Origin: Pseudomonadota bacterium
Lineage (GTDB): Bacteria; Myxococcota; JACRCW01; JAFGSX01
Direction: 5' to 3'
DNA length: 64,000 nt
Assembly: GCA_043821645.1 (NCBI GenBank)
Contig: JBDRCO010000043.1
Span: 1 to 64,000 of the forward strand
The translations under genes and the position numbers were made by a program. How positions within the stretch are numbered: the stretch's first letter is position 1; each line of letters begins with the position of its first letter. Shown here one piece after another: positions 20,901 through 30,320 of the stretch. A model generated the notes under the pieces. It worked only from the letters and a program-made list of their open reading frames with translations. It did no database searches and was not told where the DNA came from.

Positions 20901-23900
20901 TCTGGGCCGGGGTGCCGCTGGCATCGTGGACGATCTGGGTGAAATTGCCTTCGGCGTCGGTGATCCCCAACAGGCGGCCCTGGTCGTCCAGGTCAAAGCT
21001 ATACACCGTCGACAGGTTGTAGGCGTTGAGGGTGCGAACGTGGCGGTGGTTGACGTCAAAAACAAACAGCCGGCGTCCATCCTGCGAGGGCACGAAGAAC
21101 TCATCGCTCTGCAAGTCGATCCACGGTGTCGAGCCCAACAGCGCCGGCAACTTGAAGCCGATGAGTCGGTACTTCGCCGGCATCAGCACAAAACCGTCCT
21201 CGTTGAAGACAAAGCTTCGCGCGGTGAGGTCGGTCAGGCGCACTGGGGTATCCGCCAAAGTCGGCGTACCCTGAAATTCGGTCCAAGAACCCGCCACCGT
21301 GAACAAGCGGCCATCTTTGTCGATGCCTCGGATCGCGACGTATCTCGGGTTGGTGGAGCCGCGGTTGTGCAAGAAGTAGGGGCGGCCTCCTGGACCTATC
21401 TGGATCTGGTCGATGTATTTGAGGTCGGCCTCCCTCGCCAGGACACCGTCCTCTGCCAGGCTCGCGCCGCGGCCAGCGATCAGACGTGCATTGCCATCCA
21501 GACCCAGTTCATACAGGCCACCAGCGCTGGTCGTGAAGTAGAGCGTGCCATCCGGCGCCACCGCGCAGTGATTTGGCATCGTCTCAGGCATGGCCCGCTG
21601 GGCAGGCACAACCGGGTTGCTTGGCCCGAGCACCGTCAATCCCGGTGTGGTGCTGTTGCCTCCCAGCACCGTCTCGATCATGCCGTCGGCGTCCACCCTG
21701 CGGATGCGTGCTCTGGACACGCCGATGGTCAGGCTGTCGGACACGAGGTAGACTTCCTGGTTTGGCCCCACACAGAGATCCTTGGCTGCCATGTTGGCCT
21801 CCAACGCCGGTCCTCCGTCGCCAAGGTCATCGGGGTAGGGCCACACCACAGAGGGAAAACCCGCGTGACGATGCAGCACGCCATCCGCGCTGATCATCCA
21901 GGTCTTGTTGACATTCAACAGGTAAATGTTGCCGTTGCGGTCGACCGCCAGGTGCTCGACCGTCGGAATGGTATGACCAAGCGCTGGCTCGCCCTCGACG
22001 GGTTGGGTGGTGCATGGGCGGTCCTCGCTCAGGCAGCCGGCGACCCGGTACATGCGCTGCTGGTTGTCGATGCGCACGATGATGTTGCCGAAGCCGATGT
22101 AGATCTGGCCGCTGGCGTCGATGGCCATCGGGTTCAAACTGGTCGCTGAGGTCTGCAAGGCCAATTTGAGCGTGGTGGCCAGGGCGCCTTCGGTAAAAGC
22201 CAAGGCTGCAGTCTGTGCGGCGCCCGTACCGGCGAAGTATTGGATCGCTCCCTGGCCGTTGGGCTGCGCGCTGTAGCTGTCCCCGCTGCCGAGCCAGACC
22301 GTGCTGGTTGCGTTGTCGTAGCGGTGATGGACATCGAGCCGCCAGCCCCCCAGGCCGAGCGCGCGTGGCTCGTCGGTGCGCGGGTTGGGAATCCGGACCC
22401 ACTCTTCTCGAACCCGGGCCACCAGACCGTTGCTGCTGCGTCCCCAGCGTTCACTGAAGCCAGGTTGGGTGGCGTCGGCGACGCTGGCGAAGCTGGCGTT
22501 GAAGCGTTGCATCGTGGGCGCGTAGACCGGCTCGTAGTAATAGGAAATATTTGCCTTGGCCAATGCCGTGCCCGCCACAGGACGGCCGAACGGATCGTTG
22601 CCATCCCAGACATAGCGCTGGCGAAGACCGGGGGTGGCGACCAGGTATCGGCCGCTGTCGCCGGAGATCGCGGCCCCGGTGAGGTAGTAGTAGGTCTTCT
22701 TGAGAGCCGGAGAGATCGTCTCGTCGTCGTCAAAGATCTGAAAGCTGACCTCGGGACGCATGTCGTTGATGTACTGGCTGCTGTAGTTCAACGAAAACGG
22801 CGTACCCGGTATGGCCACGCGCTCGCTCAGGTTGCCCGAGACCTCGTCGATGACGCAGCCACCGCGGTCGCAGCGGTCCTCACGGCGCTTCTGCTCGCGG
22901 TCACGTTGATTGCGGCGCCGGGGACGATTGGCCTCTGGTGGCGGCACGTAGGGCCAGTTGTGGTCCCAGGGCGTGAAGTGGGGGATCTCGACCCGCCACA
23001 GGGTGTCGCCGGGCTGGTACAGAACCGCGAGTTGCTGCAGCTCCTCGGTCGTCACACCCAGCGCGGCCAGCGCCGTGGCGTCCGCGGCCAGACCGCTGCC
23101 GTCGACATCCAGCTCGACGCTGCCGGCCGCCTCGCTGAGGATCTCGATCACCCGACCGTCGGGTGATGGCACCCACACCGCGCGCTGGCGATCGTAGTAG
23201 CCGGTCGGCACCTCGGTGCCGGTGTCAAAGCCGATGAAGTTCTCGTTGTAGTGAATCAGGGGCTGGTCGAAGTCGACCCGACTGGCACCGACCGCCAGGG
23301 CCTCATCTGCGCTGTACTCGACGCAGTAGGTGTAGCCGCTGGTCGGCGGCAGGGTGGCTGGCATGGCCTGCTCTCCGTCCGCGCCGACGCTGTATTCGGT
23401 GACGCGCACGGTCAGGTGGGTCAGGGTCTGGGTGCTGCCGTCAGCCAGGGTCATGGTGGCGGTGGTGCCTGGCGGTACCAGGGCCTGCGCGGTGCGGCTG
23501 CCGTCGTCATCGACCACGGTCGAGCCGCGGATCGTCTGCCACTGGACCGCGCCGGTGTCGACTGCCGTCGCGATCGTGTCGACAGGAACCAGGATCTGAT
23601 CGGGGACCGCGACGCTGTCCTGCCAGCCGACTCGCACATGCTGCTGGGCACTCAGCACGCCGCTGGCCTCGAACGCGAGCACCACGCGGTCGCCGCCGTT
23701 GACCACCAGGTCGTAGCGGCCGTCGTCGCGGCTGAAGGTGTAGCCCAGCTCGGGCGCGCCGTGCACGGACACACGGGCTCCCATCAATGGCGATGCCGGC
23801 TGTGCCGCGTCGGTGGCACGCAGTAGCACGCGCCCGCTGAGCAACGCCACCCGCCGGTGCTCGATGACGCCGGAGGCGACACCAAACTGAATCGGGTTCG

Positions 23901-24618
23901 GGCCGTCATACAAAAAAGCGGTGTCGCGCAGGGGATCGTGGGGCTTGAAGGGATCCAGAGGCGGCGCGATGTCGGCCGGGTTGGGCAGGCTGAGCTGGTT
24001 GCAGCTGCCGCCGTTGCAGTAGTCAGGACTGACGCAGTCGACAGGGTCGCTCCACACCAAGCAACCGCCCTGATCCTCGCAGGTGACCACGGCGTTGCCC
24101 TGGCACTGGGTGGTGCCGAGGCTGGCGCAGGCGCGAGGGGAGCAGGCAGTGGCGTCGACTGCGACCCCGGTGTCGGCGAGTGCTGCATCCGACGAGCCCA
24201 CATCGGCCGTGCCAGCATCCACGCGCGTCGCGGCATCCACCGTCATTGCCGCATCCGCACTCGCGTCGGGCAGTACCTGTATCGCGTCCACCAGCGCCGC
24301 ATCTGCGCTGCCCGAATCGATCCCGCTGGCATCCACAGTCAGCATAGCGTCGGTTCCGCTGGCATCCACACCCGTCGCCGCATCACCACCCGCATCCGGA
24401 GTCGTGACATCGAGGCCACTCACGTCGTCGACGGTGGCGTCCCTGGTCTGAAACCTGTCGGTGCCACCGACGTCCTGCGCAGCGCGGTCCGATGAACCGG
24501 TGTCCCGCGCCGTAGCATCGGTCGACGATCCGGCGTCTGGATCGTCAGGCCCGCCACACTGGCACGCGGGACCGAGAAGCAGGGCAGCAGCAAAGGTGGC
24601 CACGAGATACTTGGTCAC
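17968..24618 (-). CDS. Bacterial teneurin-like protein (lipoprotein signal, TTR/FN-plug-like region, NHL propeller, YD/RHS shell, RHS core, 155-aa C-terminal tail)
   Basis: [51 protein letters not shown] repeats (GDGGPA), many YD repeats, [52 protein letters not shown]. Confidence 0.88.
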   Translation of the reverse strand: [2216 protein letters not shown]

Positions 24619-24879
24619 GAGACAGCTCCATCACTTGTCGTGTTCGATCAGGTCAGGGGATCACCCAGCGGTCTGTTGAGGCATGCGCCAACTGCCAAGC
24701 CCGGTCTGGCTTCGCGCAGGCAGAGGATGCCCTGGTCTCGTCGTTGTAGGGCACGCCGGGTGGTTCAACAACTGTTTGCTGCTGCGCGCCGTTCGAGTCG
24801 TCGGGTTCGTTGAAGTGAGAGTGTGCTCGGGGGGTACAACCGGTGTTGCCTCCCCTTTCTTTGTCCCACGACCAACGCG

Positions 24880-25449
24880 CTAGGGCTTCGGGACGGCCTC
24901 GCGCAACGCGTCACCCTCTGGCTTGTCGAGGAAGCGGAGCAAGAACCCGTCGACCACGCGGGCCTGGTTCTCGTAGTAGTTGACGAACACGATCGCGTCG
25001 GCGCCGTGCTGGGCGGCCTGCTCCTTGAGCCGCTCGGTGACCTGGGCGCGCAGCGCTTCGTTCGTCGTCGGATTGGAGGGAAGCACCATCATTGAGACGG
25101 CGTAGTACATGAAATATGGGCCGCCCACGCAGGGACAGAGGAACATCACCAGCGGTACCCAGATCTGCGGGATGAACTCTCCTGTCACCGCGGCCCGGCC
25201 CACCAGCGCGATCCTGTCGCGGTGGCTCTCGGCGATGGTGACGACGTCGTTGTTCAGCTCCACACCCTGCGGTGCATTTCCCACCCACACCTCGATGTCG
25301 GCGGCGGAGCGAAAGGACGCCACGGGTTCGGAGGTCGCGCGCAGAGGACCTGTCAGGTCTGTCTTGCCGGTGAGCTCGACGTGAACGCAGGCACTCGCGA
25401 GCACGGGCAGCAGCAGCGCCAGGCAGATCGATTCCGGGGGCCTGTTCAT
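24880..25449 (-). CDS. Hypothetical lipoprotein with a C-terminal LKEQAAxxGADAIV motif (YbjQ/heavy-metal-binding-like fold possible)
   Basis: GGAGGA RBS, lipobox LASAC, internal hydrophobic segment. Confidence 0.6.
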   Translation of the reverse strand: MNRPPESICLALLLPVLASACVHVELTGKTDLTGPLRATSEPVASFRSAADIEVWVGNAPQGVELNNDVVTIAESHRDRIALVGRAAVTGEFIPQIWVPLVMFLCPCVGGPYFMYYAVSMMVLPSNPTTNEALRAQVTERLKEQAAQHGADAIVFVNYYENQARVVDGFLLRFLDKPEGDALREAVPKP

Positions 25450-25887
25450 GGCGGTCCTCCAGGGTGCTGCCCAACCATCGGATCCCGGGGCAGGGTTTGT
25501 CGAGAATTGTGCATCACCGGTGACCGGCACATCGCTCCACCTCGCAGCGATCGTCATGCATCCGCAGCCAGTTCCAGGGGATGCCGACCTGCAGCGAGGA
25601 CCCGTGACAGGGAGGATGTTCGCGATGGCTGTCGCACCTCGCCACCTTATTCCTCGGTGAGGCGTGACAACCACGTGGGTCCACAGCTAGCCACCGGAGT
25701 GCTTTGACTCTCCAGGGAGTCCGTGCGCGAATCCACTCGTCTCCGTTTCTGGGCATGGAGCATCCGCGGGCTCTTTGCCTGCCCTGGTTTTTTTTCAGCG
25801 CCTCTTGTGTGGAATTTTTGGTTCATGTGGGCGATACACGACGAGATCTCGCCCCTGTCGTCGGGATCAGGAGCAGGGAATGCTCAG

Positions 25888-27276
25888 ATGAGCCGAGAAG
25901 CGCAAAGGTCGATCTCGCGCCCGCCTGTGATGGCACTCCTGGTCGCGATCCTTTTGGTCGGCATCTACAACGCCAACCCCAGCTACTTGCAGGGCAACGA
26001 CGGTCGCGGGTCCATCCTGGGCGCGGTCAGCCTGGCCATGCGCGGGGACGTGGAGCTGCACGAGTTCGAAGCGCTCTACAGCTATGCCAGGGGCGATCTG
26101 GCCTACTATGTGCTCGCCACGGAACGAGGGGAACACATCCCTCGATTCAACTTCGGTGTGCCGCTGGTGAGCGCGCCGTTCTTCTGGCTGGCGCTGCGGC
26201 TGCAGGGCGGGAGCATCTCGGAGATCTCTGCCAACTTCCTGGGCAAATGGATCAGTTCACTTGCCGTGGCGCTCGCGGCCGTGTTGGTGCTCCTGACAGC
26301 CCTCCGCCTGGGCGCGGCCAGGTGGCAGGCGCTCGCCGCGGCCCTGCTCTACGGGCTGGGGACCTGCGCGTTCAGCACCGTCTCGCAGATGCTCTGGCAA
26401 CACGGACCAGCCGAGTTCTTCTGCATGCTCGGGATCTACCTGCTGCTGAGAGACGGCAAGCTGGCTACTCCCCTGAGCGGCGCTGCGTTCGCGATGATGG
26501 TGGTCTGCCGGCCCGTCCTGGTGATGTTTGCGATCGCGGCGCTGATCCACGTTGCGCGGCAGCAGCGGTGCCACCTTCCAGGATTCGTCCTCTCGGCGCT
26601 CCCACTGGCCGTTCTGCAGGCCGGCTACAACTGGTACTACCTCGGCGCGCCTTGGATCTTCAGCCAGTCTCTCACCATCCCGGGTGCCGACAGTCTGCAG
26701 CGGGACTACTGGGACACCCCCCCGTGGCAAGGGTTCCTGGGCTTGCTCGTGAGTCCCTCGCGGGGACTGTTCATCTACTCTCCCTTCTTCCTCTTCCTCT
26801 TCTGGCGACCAGTTCAGAACTGGCGCGAAACTCCCACGATCGTGAGAGCGATGCTCCTCGCCTCTGTGCTGCTCGTCCTGCTGCACTCCAGCTACTACGG
26901 CTGGTATGGCGGCTGGACCTTCGGCTACCGGATGGTCGTGGATGCCACCCCCATCCTGTGCCTGGCACTGTTGCCTGTTCTGGCCCGGCTCCGCCATTCT
27001 GGAACAGCCGCGCTGACGTTTGTGATCACCGGTGCACTGGCCTTGATGATCCACACCGTGGGCGCTTACTGCTACAACGTCGTCGACTGGGACGGCAGGC
27101 CGGACATCGACTTCCACCTGCAGCGACTGTGGTCTGTGCAGGATAGTCAGCTGGTTTACTGGTTTCAGCATCTCGAGCTCCGCCAGGTCGTGCTGCACCC
27201 CGAGCAGCCGGCCGGGGCACCACAGACCCTGAGTGGTCTTTTCAACGAGAGGGCCGAACTGCCAAGCGGCCTTTGA
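25888..27276 (+). CDS. Polytopic membrane protein, probable GT-C fold (ArnT/PMT-like) glycosyltransferase
   Basis: About 10 TMs with SQMLWQH, GLLVSPSRGLFIYSP and GGWTFGYR motifs typical of uncharacterised GT-C-like proteins. Start is uncertain. Confidence 0.6.
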   Translation: MSREAQRSISRPPVMALLVAILLVGIYNANPSYLQGNDGRGSILGAVSLAMRGDVELHEFEALYSYARGDLAYYVLATERGEHIPRFNFGVPLVSAPFFWLALRLQGGSISEISANFLGKWISSLAVALAAVLVLLTALRLGAARWQALAAALLYGLGTCAFSTVSQMLWQHGPAEFFCMLGIYLLLRDGKLATPLSGAAFAMMVVCRPVLVMFAIAALIHVARQQRCHLPGFVLSALPLAVLQAGYNWYYLGAPWIFSQSLTIPGADSLQRDYWDTPPWQGFLGLLVSPSRGLFIYSPFFLFLFWRPVQNWRETPTIVRAMLLASVLLVLLHSSYYGWYGGWTFGYRMVVDATPILCLALLPVLARLRHSGTAALTFVITGALALMIHTVGAYCYNVVDWDGRPDIDFHLQRLWSVQDSQLVYWFQHLELRQVVLHPEQPAGAPQTLSGLFNERAELPSGL

Positions 27277-27287
27277 GAGAGCGGGTC

Positions 27288-27908
27288 ATGGAGAAGAATC
27301 GACGTCGCGCGCTACGCGCCACCAAGCGCCTCAAGATTGAGTACGGCGTCGACGCGCTGGACAAGAAAAGCGTGTCCTACGATATCTCGGTCGGTGGCCT
27401 GTTCCTGGTCGCGCCTCGGCTTCTCGCCGTGAACACCCGGATTCACCTGCACATCTTCGCCCAGGAGGGGGATTTCTACGCCGAGGGGATCGTGGTCCGC
27501 CTCAAGCATGTGACGCCTGGATTGCAGCAGGTCGAGCCCCAGGGCATGGGGATCCGCTTCCTCTCGCCGGCCGAGGTCATCTCGGCAAACATCCCTCGCG
27601 CGCAGCGGCGGGTGGAAACCCAGGGCGTGCAGTGCGCCACGGTGCAGGAACTCCAGGCTCTGCTCCGGGACCAGCTCGGCAAGGGCATCCTCCTCGTCCC
27701 GGTCACCAGCCCGACACCCGAGCCCAACTCCGTCATCGAGTTCGACATCCTGCTTGGCTTCGTCCCGGACAGCGAGCCCGTCACGGGCCAGGGGCGGGTG
27801 GTGCAGCTCCTGGAGACGGTGCAGCAGGGCGCGCCCCTCATCCAGGCGGTGCTCGAGGTCCTGGACGTGCACACGCTGTGCGCCACGCTCGAGAAGGCGA
27901 TCGCCTGA
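27288..27908 (+). CDS. PilZ-domain protein with a second degenerate PilZ-like half
   Basis: RxxxR (RRALR), DISVGGLFL and GMGIRF. The second half has QLGKGILLVP...GRVV. Confidence 0.8.
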   Translation: MEKNRRRALRATKRLKIEYGVDALDKKSVSYDISVGGLFLVAPRLLAVNTRIHLHIFAQEGDFYAEGIVVRLKHVTPGLQQVEPQGMGIRFLSPAEVISANIPRAQRRVETQGVQCATVQELQALLRDQLGKGILLVPVTSPTPEPNSVIEFDILLGFVPDSEPVTGQGRVVQLLETVQQGAPLIQAVLEVLDVHTLCATLEKAIA

Positions 27909-27920
27909 GCGCTGGCTCGT

Positions 27921-30320
27921 TCAGCAACGCGCTCGGCGCCGCCGCAGACAAAGCAGGAAGACCAGGGCGATCCCACCGCCTGCCGGCGTTCCCGACGCGC
28001 CGCGACAGCCGCACCCCGCGGGCTCGCAGGCGCCCACCGGCTCCAGGATCTGCACCAGGTCGATCCCGGCCTCGACCACGTCGTCGTCACCATCGTCGAA
28101 CTGGGTGATCCGCACCCGCAGCTGCTTGGGCAGCGGGTCGAACTCGTCGCGGATCCGGACCAGGCCCGCGCGCCACTCGGCCGCACTCTCCACGGCGCGC
28201 CGCACCTCCTTGAATTTTCCGTCGTCCCCGGCCAGCTCGACCAGCAACCTGTTGTCGTCGGACTCTGCCGGACTGCCGTCCGGGCGTACGGCCACGTGCC
28301 AGTAGCGGTACGCCAGGTGGGGATCGCGCAGGCCTTCGAGGTCGATCGTGGGGGAGCGCAGCGAGGTGAAGCCTCCGTCGACGTCATGGCTGGCGGGATC
28401 GCCCTCGCTCGAGGGGTCGGTGAACAGCGCACTGGCGCCCGACGCCTGTCCCGCCGGAGTCACGCGCACGCCGCCGACCTTGCGCGGCCGGCTGCTGCCG
28501 CGGGCAAAGGCTCCAGCCGTGGCATCATCCTCGTCGCCCGGATTGATGCGCCAGCCCTCGTCGTCATCCTCGAAGTCAAAGGTCTTCTTGGGCTGCAGAC
28601 CGACGTACACGAAACCCAGCAGGTCCTCGGGACCGGTATCGGTCCCGGCAACGCGAAGCTGGTAGCGCAGGGGCGCCGCGCACGGGGCTTTCTTGTCGAC
28701 GTACAGCAGCAGTGACTCGGTAGTCTCCCGCGCCTCGCCAGGCTCCAGGTCGCCCAGCGCGGCCTCGGCCCGGTCCACAGTCAGAAACTCCTCGTCGAGA
28801 GATCGCAGGGTGGCATGCAGTCCGTGCGCAGCGGCATCGCCCTCGTTGCGAGCTGCCACGAACAGATCCACGGACTCGTCTGCATCCGCCGCACCGTTGC
28901 CATTGGACTGGCCGTCGTCGGGTGGACGGCCGCGGAGCACCAGCTCGGGTTCGGGGCAGTCGCCGCTGAGCAGTGTACACAGCCGCGCGCGGCCGCCGGT
29001 GCGTTCCACAAACCAGCGCTCGAACACCTGCCGCACCTGTTCCAGCTCTGCGACGGCGCTGCCGACCCCGGTGAGGGTCTCGCCGGGCGCGGTGAGCAGT
29101 ACGAACACCTGGCGGAAGCGATCGGGTGCGGCACCGGCCGCCGGTACACGCGGCCCCTCGGCGGCCAGCACGTCGTCCATGCCGAGATCCAGGCGGCTGC
29201 CGGTGGCGGTGATGTGCGCACCCATGGAGCTGTAGTACATGCGCAGCAACTCGTCGATGTAGGGCACCGGCGGCAGCGGGATGTACAGGCCTGGCCCCGA
29301 CAGGTTGCCATTGAAGTTGTAGCCCATGTCGGCAAACAACCTGCGCAGCTCGTCGCTGCGGGCGCCCTCGATGAGGAACCAGGGCTGCACCTCGTTCGCG
29401 GGCAGCACCCCCATGGCATACAGATCGACGTCCCAGTAGCCCGTGCTCTCGGCCAGCAGATCGAAGCTGCCGTCGCCGTTGTCTTGCCACTGGTAGCCGT
29501 AATGCATCGAGCCCTTGGCGTTGAGCGAGGGGTTCCAGTGGGCCAGGCTCTCGCCCAGCATGGCCTTGGACACCGCGCCATCCCGGGGGTGCACGAAGCG
29601 CAGCGCCGACCCCCAGCGATGCAGCGACTCGTGGCCCAGGCCGCCGTAAACCCAGTGCTCGGGGCTGCTCACCGGCGACACGCGACCGTAGAAATCACGC
29701 TCCTGGTCGGCCCAGGAACGAACCGAGCTCATGTACATGAGCCCTTGCACATGCAGCCCGTAGGTCGAGTCGAACACGCAGCCGTGGGTCTCGCCCTCGC
29801 GCTCGTTGCAGTCGCCCAGGCCCTGGATGTCATTCTGGATGGGCAGGTAGTAGGCCGCGTAGCCTGCGCCGGTCTGGGCAAAGGTGGTGAAGATGACGAT
29901 CATGTCGTGCACATCGTTCGACGAGGGAAGCACCTCGTTGGCCACGTCGAAGATGGCGTTGTCGTTGAAGTAGGTGCAGGTCTGGCTCTGGTTGGGGGAG
30001 GGACAGGCATCGTTGTAGGCATAGCCGCCTCCACCCTCGACCACGACGATGTTGCCGTTGACGCCGGCGCGCCACAGCGGATCGTGTGGATGCGGGCGGG
30101 CGATGGGCACCTGGCGAGCCCGCGCGAGCCGCTCGGCGCTGGGTGGGTTGCTTGCATAGCGCTGCACATAGTCCGCGGCACCGTCGAGCTCGAACACCTT
30201 CACCCTGTCCAGGGCCAGGGGATCGTTCCTGGGGCCCGTCGTCGAGCTCGCGGGAGGACGCGCGTGGGCCTGGCCCAGGTGGAGGGCCAGACTCAGCAGG
30301 ATCAGGGGCCAGTGACGCAT
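27921..30320 (-). CDS. Secreted putative zinc metallopeptidase with MYXO-CTERM sorting signal
   Basis: GAGGAG RBS, signal peptide MRHWPLILLSLALHLGQAHA, HESLH (HExxH), C-terminal GCGC + TM + RRRR. TACAAT -10 element at 30364-30369 (minus strand). Confidence 0.8.
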   Translation of the reverse strand: MRHWPLILLSLALHLGQAHARPPASSTTGPRNDPLALDRVKVFELDGAADYVQRYASNPPSAERLARARQVPIARPHPHDPLWRAGVNGNIVVVEGGGGYAYNDACPSPNQSQTCTYFNDNAIFDVANEVLPSSNDVHDMIVIFTTFAQTGAGYAAYYLPIQNDIQGLGDCNEREGETHGCVFDSTYGLHVQGLMYMSSVRSWADQERDFYGRVSPVSSPEHWVYGGLGHESLHRWGSALRFVHPRDGAVSKAMLGESLAHWNPSLNAKGSMHYGYQWQDNGDGSFDLLAESTGYWDVDLYAMGVLPANEVQPWFLIEGARSDELRRLFADMGYNFNGNLSGPGLYIPLPPVPYIDELLRMYYSSMGAHITATGSRLDLGMDDVLAAEGPRVPAAGAAPDRFRQVFVLLTAPGETLTGVGSAVAELEQVRQVFERWFVERTGGRARLCTLLSGDCPEPELVLRGRPPDDGQSNGNGAADADESVDLFVAARNEGDAAAHGLHATLRSLDEEFLTVDRAEAALGDLEPGEARETTESLLLYVDKKAPCAAPLRYQLRVAGTDTGPEDLLGFVYVGLQPKKTFDFEDDDEGWRINPGDEDDATAGAFARGSSRPRKVGGVRVTPAGQASGASALFTDPSSEGDPASHDVDGGFTSLRSPTIDLEGLRDPHLAYRYWHVAVRPDGSPAESDDNRLLVELAGDDGKFKEVRRAVESAAEWRAGLVRIRDEFDPLPKQLRVRITQFDDGDDDVVEAGIDLVQILEPVGACEPAGCGCRGASGTPAGGGIALVFLLCLRRRRARC

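Noticed and set aside
18736-22149. 1137-aa plus-strand ORF inside the teneurin-like gene
   Set aside because: Antisense shadow of a GC3-rich gene; V/A/G/D-rich with no motifs.
24140-24560. Repeated GCATCCAC-like motifs
   Set aside because: They encode the VDA(S/G) low-complexity linker of the teneurin-like protein and are not an independent element.
11671-27300. Accessory stretch considered as a mobile element or genomic island
   Set aside because: No integrase, transposase, tRNA target or flanking direct repeats seen.
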